This document shows, piece by piece, positions 34,723-46,172 of a stretch of DNA of 64,000 nt. Within the stretch, counting starts at the first letter, position 1, and each line of letters begins with the position of its first letter. This stretch comes from Heptranchias perlo (Eukaryota): the NCBI RefSeq assembly GCF_035084215.1, contig NC_090337.1, positions 49,290,001 through 49,354,000 of the forward strand, read 5' to 3'. The notes beneath the pieces were generated by a model. The model saw only the letters and a list, made by a program, of their open reading frames with translations, searched no databases and was not told where the DNA came from. Both the position numbers and the translations under genes were made by a program.

Positions 34723-36542
34723 GTAAGTTGAGACACCGTTAGTCATCTTAAAGAACTGAACCTTTTACAGCTCTTGTTATATTTCATGAGGCTGTGGCAC
34801 ATACAGATTCTTTTTGACATCTTGCGATTATGGATGCCATTTCTGAGACATTGCCACCTTGAGTTTGAAAGAAACAAATTGATTTGCAGATTTTCTGGCA
34901 GCCACTTCAAAAAAAAACAAAGAATGTTTTTTTATGTGCAAGCAAATTCTGCATTCCTGATAGCCAATCATGTATAGCTGCATATGTAGCGTCACTGAAT
35001 ACTCTTTATTTGTGGTTGGATGCCCTTTTTTTGCATTTGTGGCTACAGGACCATTAGTGTAGTTACTACAATAGGTGTGCAGGTTTATGAAGTGCAGTCA
35101 GAAAATAATTTTAATTGAACTGATCAGTTTGCCATTAAAAGGGATGGCTATCCGATTCTAACTTGACAGTTGCATGAAAATAGCAAGAATAATTACACAA
35201 CTATTGATTTCATCAATAATAATTTACACCATTACAAGGCTCACTAATACCCTTGGCTTTTGAGTCATTGAAATAGATTAGTCTTACATAATCAGTTGAA
35301 TTCCTCTGAATGTAATTACAGTGTAGTTTTGTTGTTGTCAATAGTTTTATGGTACTTTTTAGCCTTTAGGCTCATTTTATGACTTGTCAGATACATTTAA
35401 TTAGTAGGAGAGTTTCTGTATTGAACTATGGATTTGTGGCTGTGATTTGTTAATGATTTCAAGCTGTGCTGGTGTCGAGTGCTGCATTTTAACACTTATC
35501 TGACTGCCAACTTAACAGTTTATTTTAACTTTTCTTTCAGATGATATTTAAAATATGAAAATATCTTTTTTTTATCACCTAGTAGTTTCAGTTAATTAAT
35601 GTTTGCAATAATACTCCCAGGAATCATTTAAGGATCCTTATTTTAATTTGCTTTAAGAAAACAGTTTGAATAGTTTTAATCAAGTAATTTTTAATAATCT
35701 GTTGCCACCTTTTTAAAAAAAAACCTACCCAAAAGAAAGTAAGATTGACAATGTGGAGATATAAATGCCAGTTCTTTGTGTAAACATTTTCTGTAGGTTG
35801 TTGGCTCCAACTGGCTTTTGTCACCAGTGAGTTAATAGTGTTGTCTACTTAATGCTTTATTACTTAACATACTGTTACCTTTCTTCACTTACCTTTTTCA
35901 CTGATTCCTGCTGGAACTGTTTTGCCCAGCTCTCTGTTGTAACGCAGCTTTCATCGATTCTGGTATTGTCTGGAGAATTTGATCTGTGCATTTAACACAG
36001 CCAACATAATGCAAAGTGACTGTATCTCTTAAGTCACGTAATCTTGCAGCATTTTCAGAAAAAGAAAACCCACATAGTAAATAAAATGTGGGAGGCCGAG
36101 GCTGGAGTTCTTGTACCTAATAATGAAATCATTTTGGTGGTATTTCTGTGAGCAATCAGCAGTACAAAGGTCAATTTCATAAAAATGTTTCAAGGAGTTA
36201 AGCTAGCATTTCTAACTAGCATAAAGAACACTTGTATGTTGGACATAAAATCAAGCATATATTTAATTATTATATCTAAGATATATTTAATATGGACACC
36301 TTAAACATTACAGATTGATTTACCAAATAAATCATTTAAAATAAATTTGAAGTAATAATGAAAATGCAATAAACTTGAACATTTATAATTATACTAATAC
36401 AACTAAAATCGTACCACTATTTACAATATACAGAAACCTTCCTCTCAAACTCCACATAAATCAACATATAATGCAATTTGCACAGTTCTTTAAATTATAT
36501 AATCTATATTAATCTCAGTATCCTGCCTTTAGACTTCAAAAT

Positions 36543-37262
36543 AGAAGAACATAGGAACATAGGAGTAAGCCATTTAGTCCCTCGAGCCTGTTCTGCCATT
36601 CAATGAGGTAATGGCTGACCTGTGACCTAATTCCATATACCCGTCGTACTCCATATCCCTTAATATCTTTGGTTAACAAAAATCTATCAATCTCAGATTT
36701 AAAATTAACAATTGAGCTGACATTAACTGCCTTTGTGGAAGAGAGTTCCAAACTTCTACCACCCTTTGCTTGTACAAGCATTTTCTAACTTCACTCCTGA
36801 AAGTCTTGGCTCTAATTTTTAGGCTATGTCCCCTAGTCCTAGAATCCCCAACCAGCGGAAATAGTTTCTCTCTATCTAACCTATCAGTTCCCCTTTAATA
36901 GCTTGAAAACTTCGATCAAATCACCCCTTAATCTTCTAAATTCCAAGGAATACAACCTTAGTTTGTGTAATCTCTCCTCGTAATTTAACCCTTGGAGTCC
37001 AGGTATCATTCTAGTAAATCTACGCCGCACTCCCTCCAAGGTCATTATATCCTTCCTAAGGTGGGATGCCCAGAACTGAACACAGGACTCCAGGTGTGGT
37101 CTAACCAGGGCTTTTTATAGCTGTAGCATAACTTCTAGCCCCTTGTATTCTAGTCTTCTAAAGGCCAGCGTTCCATTACCCTTTTTGATTATTTCTGTAC
37201 CTGTCCATGACATTTTAATGATCTATGTACATGGACCCCTAAGTCTCTTTGGACCGCCACAG
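36543..37262 (-). mobile_element. CR1 LINE 3' portion
   Basis: Tail gaacataggaacataggagtaagcc. Reverse-complement RT C-terminal motifs (ggttagaccacacctggag, ggggtgatttgatcgaag). Confidence 0.85.
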
Positions 37263-38857
37263 TTTCGACAAGAAGGCTTGTCTGTAATGTTTAACTGGCC
37301 GGCAAACACTCTGTAGGTTCAAGTGTGAAGAAAGACTGTTTGGGTGAGGTAGCTGAGAGCTACTGTTGTCTGTGAACTGTATCTCAAACATGAGTTACCA
37401 CATTCAGGAAAAGAGGGGGTAAGACTTGGTTGTGGGGGGGTAGGGGAGAAGGGGGAGAAAAATATTTTATAAGTATAAACTCTTGGAAATAAATGTGGAC
37501 ATCTGATTCCTCTACACCCAAACCATAATATTACACACATCACTGGTCCATGACAAACTTTTTAAGACCTATACTTGTATTGCAAATGTTCGATCATCTT
37601 TCCTCAAAAGTACTTGAATGCACAAAATTGAAAAATAATCATGGCTTCCCAACAAAATGCATTTCATTGCATAGTTCTACTGTAGCAGCAAATTTTACTG
37701 TATGTATAGGCGAGAAATATCATAGTTAAATTTATTTTTGCCCTTTCTTTATTTCATGTGCCATTATAACAATTCACCTCCATCCAAACTCAGATGTGAA
37801 AAATGCCAGCAGGGTTGTAGACTCCTTTTAGAACATACATTTCAAATGGCACAAAGCCCTTGCTTGGGGACACAAAGTGCACGTGCTGTGGAGTGAGATA
37901 GATGAAGGATTAGATTTTCCTTAAGGTGCAATTTTTCGCCTTTGTGAGGCATCTCGCTGTGAAGCCCAGCTAAAGCTTGACTAAACATATGATTAATGTA
38001 ACTGACAGGCTTCAGGGTCAGCCACCCTTGGGCCTTAAATCTGATACTTTGATAGTGGAACTGTGCGTGTTAACCCTCTCGAGGACAGCGGTACAATTTC
38101 TTTTTGGCTCTGTGATACCAGCAGCGAGCGCTTAACATGCTCATCTGAAATTCCGTTTAGGAGGGATGTTATCCTGTGGTTTTTTTATATCTATATATAA
38201 ATAGGATAGCGTCTCCACTAAAGTAGTGGAGAGAGGAATTTCAGATGCATTAATCATTCACACATTAGTATCACATTCCATAAGTTCGGGGCATTTGTTT
38301 TTCCAGCTTTCTCCCCTTGTCTCCTGAGAATACCTTGCCAAATGGCTGTTCTTAATCTAGAAAGAAAGAAAGACAAAGAAAGAACTTGCATTTTTACAGC
38401 ACCTTTCATTACATAAAAACACAGAAAATAGGAGCAAGAGTAGGCCATTCAGCCCTTTGGGTCTGCTCGGCCATTCAAAATGATCATGCTGATCGTCTAA
38501 CTCAGTACGCTGTTCCAGTTTTTTCCCCATATCCCTTGATCCTTTTAGCATTAAGAAATATATCTATCTCCTTCTTGAATATATCTAATGACTTGGCCTC
38601 CACTCCCTTCTGTGGTAGAGAATTCCACAGGTTCACTACCCTCTGAGTGAAGAAATTTCTCCTCATCTCAGTTCTAAATGGCATACCCCGTATTCTGAGA
38701 CTGCAACCCCTGGTTCTGGACTCCACAGCCATCGGGAACATACTCCCTGCATCTAGTCTATCTAGTCCTGTTAGAATTTTATATGTTTCGATGAGATCAC
38801 CTCTCATTCTTCTAAAGTCTAGTGAATATAGGCCTAGTCGACCCAATCTCTCCTCAT

Positions 38858-40368
38858 GGGCTCTATTTTAGCACCCGCTATCGGGTGGTTCCTGGCGGGG
38901 GGGCTCCAAAAATCGGGGAATCCCGGAGCGGGTCGGGAGCTTGGTTCCAACCCGCCCACTTCCGGGTTCCCTACAGACGCGCTGACGTGCGAGCGCAGCC
39001 CCCGCATGTGGGACTCCCGCAGGCAATTAAAGCCGGCGGGGTGCCACTTTAGAGTATTTACCTTGCTATTTCAGGTCATTAACAGACCTGATTAAGGGAA
39101 TATGTCAGGAGGGGTGGGATTTTAGAAACAACTGGGACTGTTTCCCATACTGGGGGAAACACTCCCAGTTCAAATGGACGTGTTGCAGATATCAGCCTGT
39201 GGCAGCTGCAAAGGTCCATTGACAGGTTGGGGGGGAGACCCTCACTCATTGCAGGAGGCCATTCTGTCACTTTGGACAAAGTTTGGCCTCCACTGCCCTC
39301 CTCCTGACAATCAAATTCACCAACTTGCACACTTACCCTGGGGTCCAGAGACATGTACCTACCTTGCGGACCCCCTCAGATGTTCATCTTCCGGATGGGG
39401 GCCGCCGTAGCTGCAGTCATGACCTCCTTGGAGGGCGAACAGCATCACCAGCCTCGTCGGCCACGCCATCCACCTCTGACACGTGGAGCTCCACAACACA
39501 GTGCTGTGACATATCCACCTGCACAGCAGGAGGGAGGGCAACCGTAGAGAGAGATGCGTCGCAGGGGGCACTACCATCGCCACAGGGTCCACAGACCGAG
39601 GCTCAGCTTCCTGGACCTCTCTGAGCAGCAGTGCACACGGAGGCTCAGAGTCACTCGACATGTTGTCATGGACATCTGCAGCCTCCTTCATGCCGAGCTG
39701 CTCCTGGCTGGCCCGAGCACCATCTTCTTACCTGTCGCTGTCAAAGTCACCACTGCCCTCAACAACTTCTCCTCCGCATCCTTCCAGGGTGCCACCGGGG
39801 ACATCACCGATGTCTCTCAGTCGTCTGCACAAAAGAGCCCTGCAAATACACCTACACCCACTCTGCAGTGATACAATGGGTGGCATCAGGTGTGGGTCTT
39901 CATAGTGATCCTCAGGAAAGGGCATTATTGCACAAACCAGACAAGATTTGCAAAGACGTGACAGTAGTGGTGCCAATATAATATGTAATGTGAGTTGATC
40001 AGAAATTAAATATAAGTAAAAACCATGACAAACCCTCAAACACCCTTGTGCATCCCCTTCATGCTCACGACACGTTTGCCTTACGCTGCCTACTGCACAT
40101 ATGTGATGCATGCCCTGTGGCTGCAGCACAGGTAGTGGCAGGTTGAGTGAGGCTGACTGTGAAAGAGATTCATGAGAGGGTGGGTATGAGATAGAGCCAT
40201 GAGATTGTATGAGGATTGGGTTGAGTGGTAGTGGCGGGATGAGTACTGGCGAGGTGAGTAAGTGCAGGTAAGATGAATGTAAGGAGTCGTACAACACCAG
40301 GTTATAGTCCAACAGCTTTATTTGAAATCACAAGCTTTCGGAGCTTTCCTCCTTCGTCACCTGAGCCC
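38858..40368 (+). mobile_element. Harbinger deletion derivative, family B copy 2; most of the right arm replaced by a Penelope fragment
   Basis: Termini gggctc / gagccc with CAT TSD at 38855-38857 and 40369-40371. 38858-40275 is colinear with 10158-11575. Confidence 0.85.
40277..40364 (-). mobile_element. Penelope-like terminal fragment (related subfamily) with altered hammerhead core
   Basis: tgtaaggagtcgtacaacaccaggttatagtccaacagc...gctttcggagctttcctccttcgtca. Confidence 0.65.
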
Positions 40369-40628
40369 CATATGTCAGTCCTGCCATCCCAGGAATCAGT
40401 CTGGTAAACCTTCGTTGCACTCCCTCCATGGCAAGGACATCCTTCCTCAGATAAGGAGACCAAAACTGCACACAATCTCAGGACGTCCCCAAGCGCTTTA
40501 TAGCCAATGAAGTACTTTTTTGAAATGAAGTCACTGTTGTAATGTAGGAAGCTTGGCAGCCAATTTGCACACAGCGAGGTCCCACAAACAGCAGTGAGAT
40601 AATTAACACACAATCTGTTTTTCCATTA

Positions 40629-40763
40629 CCTACATTGCAACAGTGACTTCATTTCAAAAAAGTACTTCAGTGACTACACTTCAAAAGTGCCCATTTGGCT
40701 GTAAAGTGCTTTGGGGCATCCTGAGGTCGTGAAAGGCTCTATATAAATGCAAGTTCTTTCTTT
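40629..40763 (+). mobile_element. Deu-SINE 3' tail inserted antisense inside the Deu-SINE
   Basis: gtgactacacttcaaaag...gtgaaaggctctatataaatgcaagttctttc. Confidence 0.7.
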
Positions 40764-41309
40764 TAGTGATGTTGGTTGAGCGATAAATATTGGTCAGGAC
40801 ACCGGGGAGAATTCCCCTGCACTTCTTCAAAATAGTGCCATGGGATCTTATACATGCACCTGAGAGGGCAGACGGGGCCTCAGTTTAACATCTCATCCGA
40901 AAAGCAGCACCTCCGATAGTGCAGCACTCCCTCAGCACTACGCTGGAGTGTCAGTCTAGATTTTGTGCTCATGCCTCTGGAGTGGGACTTGAACCCACAA
41001 CCTTCTGACTCAGAGGCGAGAGTGCTGCCACTGAGCCACCTTGGGCTCAATTTTAAAAGGGTGGCGGGATGGCAGCGGTGGGGGCGGGGGGTCATTGGGC
41101 ACGCGGCAAACCCAAATAATAAAAACTTACCGTTCCCCACGCGATCCCGACTTAATTGGTGTCCCTTAACCTTTTTACCGGGTTTGCCGTCCGAAAGCTG
41201 CGCAGTGGACAGACTGCGCACCCGCCTGACAGGCTGTCAGCTGGAGTGTCTGGATTTAAAGGGCCATTGCTCCAAAGGGTTTTGCTGGAGCAAAGAGCCA
41301 GTAAGGCCA

Positions 41310-43226
41310 ATGGAGCAGCACAGGGGTAAGGCTGCTCCAAGATTCACCAATGCCTCACTTCAGCTGCGACTGGCTGGGGTGAGGAGGAGGCGGGAACTAT
41401 TTTACCCGCCCGACAGGAAGAAGCACCCTGCCTCTGCCACCAAGAAGGCCTGGCTCGAGGTGGCAGAGGAGGTCACCAGCAGGAGCAACTTATCCCACAC
41501 CTGGGCCCGGTGCAGGAAGCATTTCAATGACCTAACTAGATCAGCAAAAGTGAGTACACTTACTGATTCCCCTGCATTCTGTGGGGCACATCACTGCCTC
41601 CACCCCCCAACTCATTCTGCACTGCCAAGAGTACTCCATCACATCACTCCTCACACCCACTTAAGGCTCATCCTCAACTTACCTGCACTTCCTGAGCACT
41701 TCCTCACCTCCCCATTTTTGACCCCACCCCTACCACTCACCCCAATCCTCATCCAATGTGATGTCTCTGTCGCATACTCACCCTCTGATGCACTTCTTTC
41801 ATGGTCAGCCTCACCCAAAGCGATGCATTCATCAGTTGGCCACTTCACTATCACTCACTCACATGCCTGTACTTTCTCCCCTTCGAGAAGAGAGCGCAAA
41901 ACGCACGCGAGAGGGCGAGGACTGGAGGGGGGGCCACAACAAATAGTAATCCTCACAGTCGCGGAGGAGGAGGCCCTGTCTGTCAGCCGCACCCTCAAGT
42001 GCCTGTCCGTTGGGGATGCTGAGACTGGCACCCCACATATGTCTGGTGACAAAACTTTAACATTCATCACACACAACATGAATTGATGTTAACAATGATT
42101 GGCATGTTGAACACCTCAGTATGCTCATCGCAACATGACACATCTGTGATGATGCTTGATGCAATGGGAGAGGGTAATTCCTCAGAGGACTACCGGCCTC
42201 TTGGGGTGCACCGTCACATCTTAGCGAGCCATCCACCAGCGCAGATACTCACACCTCGGTGGGTCCTAATAGTCAATTAGTTGGGTTGGCACCAGGTGAG
42301 TCACCACACAAAGTGAGCACCAGCAGGGGCAGCTGTGGAGAGTCTGTGTTGGTGGGCGCACTCCTCTCCAGGCTCTGCTCAGATGGATGCAGGAGCTGAA
42401 CCCTGGGGGCCATCCTTTAAAAGGAGAATGACTAAGGGACAGCAGCACATTTTCGAGGTACTGGAACAGGTGCCATGCGCACTCTCCACAATAGCGCAGA
42501 GGATGGAGGAGTCCCACCTCCAGCATTAGTGTCATGGTGGCACAGAGACATGAGGGAATCTCTGAGGTACTGTCACAGGGATGTGAGCAACTATCTGAGA
42601 TAGTGTTGCAGGGACGTGAGCAATTCTTTGAGATAGTGTCGCAGGTAACTGCAGGAATGTCTAAGATAGTGTCGCAGGTAAGTGTGGGAATGTCTGCGAT
42701 GGAGAGAAGCCTAGCCTCCATTGAGTTTCAAGCACGGCTCACAAATGAGTCCATTCAGACCCTGACAACAGCCGTTTGGACTCCCGGTGAACAACATTCT
42801 GCCGCCTTAAACAGGCAGGCAGATACACAAGCACTGGCCTTACAAGGCTTCGCACATGTCCTCCAAACTGTTCTCCAGCAGGGTGGTAGGAGTGATGTGG
42901 GTCTAGTCCAGGAGAGGGATGATGGTGAAAGGGGACATGGAAGTGGGGATGCCACTCAAAGCGCTCCCAAATCTCACTCGTTGCCCCTCTCTCAACCAGT
43001 ACCCAAAATACTGCCTCCTCTCCGGGTGGCTGAGTCTGCCCCGGCACAGGTGGAGGTGGAGCAGTCTTTGGAGGGTTCCTCATGGGTGCCAAAACCCAGA
43101 GGGCGCAGGCCGAAAGCATCTAAGCAGTCCGGCCATGGACATGAGCAACCTGTCACTACCTCTGCTGCAGCCACAGGGGATGCTCCACGTAGAAGTGGTA
43201 GGAAGAGAAAGGCTAAGGATTTGTGA
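41310..43226 (+). pseudogene. Harbinger Myb/SANT-like gene, intron-containing
   Basis: MEQHRGKAAPRFTNASLQLRLAGVRRRRELFYP...KKAWLEVAEEV...WARCRKHFNDLTRSAK, then a GTGAGT donor at 41550. Last exon ends PRRSGRKRKAKDL*. Confidence 0.8.
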
Positions 43227-43540
43227 TCACGAAGGGTATGCACAAGGGTGTCTGACAGATGGTCATATTTTTCATTTATATTTGTTTTTTGTTAAACTCA
43301 CATGTTATGATTGTCACCACTACTGCCGTGTCTTGCCTATTCTTGAATGGCTTTTGTGATGGGGCCCTTTCATGTGCTTCGTCATGAACGGTGACACTTG
43401 ATGCCACCCAGTGAGTCACTTTACAGTGGGTGCATGCGTAGTTGCAGGACTATTTTATGCAGGGGGGGGGGGGGTGTGGCTGGTGTTGGCACTGGTCTTT
43501 CCAGGTGGTATGAGGACTGGACTCTTCTCACTTTCTGATC

Positions 43541-44742
43541 TTACAAGAACTGTTCACATATCAGTGACTCCCTGGCCTCACAAGCAGCCGGGTGAGCTGC
43601 TGCTCTGCCCATGGGTTTGCCCTCCTCCTCCTCCTCCTCCTGCTCCTCCTGCTCCTCCTCAATGTGGGTGGCAGATGTGGATGAGGGGATGGGGCCTCCT
43701 CAAGCGGCACCCCTCTCTGTTGCGCCATGTTGTGCAGGACATAACACACTACTATAATGCGACCCACTCTCGCTGGTGCGTATTGAAGTGCCCTCCCAGA
43801 ATGATTGAGGCATCGAAATCACATCTTCAGCAGTCCTATCACATGTTCAATTATAGACCTGGTGGCGATGTGGCTGTCGTTGTGTCGACGCTGTTGCTCG
43901 CTGATTGGATTCATGAGTTCACTTAGCGGTGTCATGAGGTACGTGCGCACGTGGTGTACCTGGTCCGCGAGGAGCCACCCCTTAAAGATACTCAGTACAT
44001 GGAAGAGTCCCAGGATGTTGGATTCCCTCAGAATGAAGGAATCGTGGCAGCTGCCAGGGAATCTGGCGCACATGTGAAGAAATCTTTTGCGGTGGTCTCA
44101 AACGGGCTGAGCGTTGATGAAGTGATACCCCTTTCTGTTGATGAACAGTCCTGGCTCGTGTGGAGGTGCTCGTATTGCAATATGCGTGCAATCAATTGCA
44201 CCCTGCACATGTGGGAAGCCAGCCACAGTGTGGAATCCCACTGCCCTCTCCGTCTGGCGAGGCGCTGAGAAACAAGCCGTCAGTGACCTGCCCCTTATGC
44301 ACTTGTGTGCAGACGACTGAGAGACCCCGGCGATGTCACCGATGCCACCCTGGAATGATCCGAAGGCGAAGAAGTTGAGGGCAGTGGTTACTTTAACTGT
44401 GACGGGTAATGAGATGCCACCAGGCCCAGCTGAGAGCAGCTTGGCATGAAGGAGGCTGCAGATGTCTGCAATTACCTGGCGACTCACTCTTAGCCTCCGT
44501 ATACACTGCTCCTCAGAGACGCCCAGGAAGCTGAGCCTTGGTCTGTAGACCCTGTGGCGAGGGTAATGCCTCTTGTGATGTCTCTCCCTCTGTTGTTCCC
44601 CTCTGTGCTCCTGTGCAGGTGCCTGTGGCGCAGCACTGTGTTGCGTAGCTGCAAATGGCAGAAGTGCACGCCCTGCCTGGCGAGGCTGGTGATGTTGCTC
44701 GACCTCGGATACACTGATGAATGCAGCCATTGCACCCCCCAA
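43541..44742 (-). pseudogene. Harbinger DDE transposase (HARBI1-like), frameshifted
   Basis: ORFs 44098-44742 (GAIDCTHIAIRAP, NRKGYH), 43819-44073 (ARFPGSCHDSFIL, TRSIIEHVIGLLK) and 43561-43767 (IIVVCYVLHN). Confidence 0.9.
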
Positions 44743-45269
44743 CCTGATGGTGTCAGTTTGAGGGGGTCCGAAAAGTTGGTGAGTGTGTGTAAACAGAACA
44801 ATTCTGAGTGGAAACCAAGACTTCTCAGTCTAAACACAAGGACCTCCCAGCCAAAAGCTTGTCTGAGAGAACTGAGTGCCCTGCTGCAGTAACTCACCTT
44901 TTATCCCCATCTGTCAAACAGGGATTGAAATGTCCAAATGGCTGCCGGCTGAAACATGACTCGTTCCCCATGGCGTGTTTCACACAGCACGGGAAACACG
45001 TTGAGACAGCATTGAAATTGCTTGCCTTCATTCTAAATTAGATTCATGTACATTTTGAAATACTTCAAGTAATTGAATTGCTTGTTTAAATATCGTCCCA
45101 CCGGCAATTAAAGCCAGCGGAATTTCTGGGTTCAGGAACGGCGTTCGCACCCAGATGACTCTGGGTCGTGCACGTTCTTAGGCGTGTTGAAGCCGGGATT
45201 TCTGCCCGCTCTTGGAAATTGCAATTTTCTTGGCCCTCCTTAAGATAAGGAGTGACAACAAACTATTTG

Positions 45270-45490
45270 ATCAATGACAGCAACACTGCCAAGTTTAATT
45301 CTGTCTTTACCTGGCATCCACACATAGATTTCCCAGCCGGGCTCACTGGATAACAATCAGGAGCAGGAAGCCAGGCTGATATTTGCCCCTCTCTTTTACC
45401 TGGAGACAATTAGAGCTCATTCACCATTGCCCTCACTGAGCATAAAACAAGGACCGATTGGGGCCTTCCTGACCTGTATGTGTCTGTACC
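45270..45490 (-). mobile_element. AmnSINE2-like SINE fragment
   Basis: cactggataacaatcaggagcaggaagccaggctgat and gggccttcctgacctgta. Confidence 0.55.
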
Positions 45491-45498
45491 ACACCAAG

Positions 45499-46172
45499 AG
45501 GGGGTCACCATTGACCAGAAACTTAACTGGACCAGCCATATAAATACTGTGGCTACGAGAGCAGGTCAGAGGCTGGGTATTCTGCGGCGAGTGACTCACC
45601 TTCTGACTCCCCAAAGCCTTTCCACCATCTACAAGGCACAAGTTAGGAGTGTGATGGAATACTCTCCACTTGCTTGGATGAGTGCAGTTCCAACAACACT
45701 CAAGAAGCTCGACACCATCCAAGATAAAGCAGCCCGCTTGATTGGCACCCCATCCACCACACTAAACATTCACTCCCTTCACCACCGGTGCACTGTGGCT
45801 GCAGTGTGTACCATCCACAGGATGCACTGCAGCAACTCGCCAAGGCTTCTTCGACAGCACCTCCCAAACCCGCGACCTCTACCACCTAGAAGGACAAGAG
45901 CAGCAGGCACATGGGAACAACACCACCTGCACGTTCCCCTCCAAGTCACACATCATCCCGACTTGGAAATATATCGCCGTTCCTGCTTTGTCGCTGGGTC
46001 AAAATCCTGGAACTCCCTTCCTAACAGCACTGTGGGTGAACCGTCACCACACGGACTGCAGCGGTTCAAGAAGGCGGCTCACCACCACCTTCTCGAGGGC
46101 AATTATGGATGGGCAATAAATACTGGCCTCGCCAGCGACGCCCACATCCCGTGAACGAATAATTTTTAAAAA
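45499..46172 (+). mobile_element. 3' fragment of the poly(A)-tailed LINE family (same as 25422-26597)
   Basis: ORF 45480-46154 (GVTIDQKLNWTSHI, YKAQVRSVMEYSPLAW). Tail cccacatcccgtgaacgaat. Confidence 0.9.

Larger units (their letters stand above)
38410..40476 (-). mobile_element. CR1 3' fragment split by a Harbinger insertion (pieces 38410-38857 and 40369-40476)
   Basis: ORF 38502-38846 (RLGLYSLDFRRMRGDLIETYK). The CR1 sequence continues across the CAT TSD. Confidence 0.85.
38360..41040 (-). mobile_element. Deu-SINE (SacSINE1-like) split by nested CR1/Harbinger/Penelope insertions
   Basis: Tail aagaaagaacttgcattt at 38360-38408. Body resumes at 40477 (ctcaggacgtccccaagcgc). Head at 40980-41040 (ggtggctcagtggcagcactctcgcctctgagtcagaagg). 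Confidence 0.8.
41043..45236 (-). mobile_element. Second near full-length Harbinger transposon (opposite orientation), decayed
   Basis: Left terminus gggctcaatttt. Myb gene on +, transposase on -. Colinear with the reverse complement of 9776-15931 minus the nested insert. Right end appears slightly truncated. Confidence 0.85.

Noticed and set aside
38141-38249. Inverted repeat catctgaaattcc / ggaatttcagatg as a structured RNA
   Set aside because: Most simply a decayed MITE core; no family motif or supporting evidence.
40980-41040. tRNA gene
   Set aside because: tRNA-derived SINE head continuous with a Deu-SINE body; no complete cloverleaf. The same applies to ~47390-47470 and ~53715-53790.
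40965-42086. 373-aa ORF as a novel protein
   Set aside because: Chance read-through from an antisense SINE head across the Harbinger terminus, Myb exon 1 and its intron. Only ~41310-41549 is real coding ancestry.
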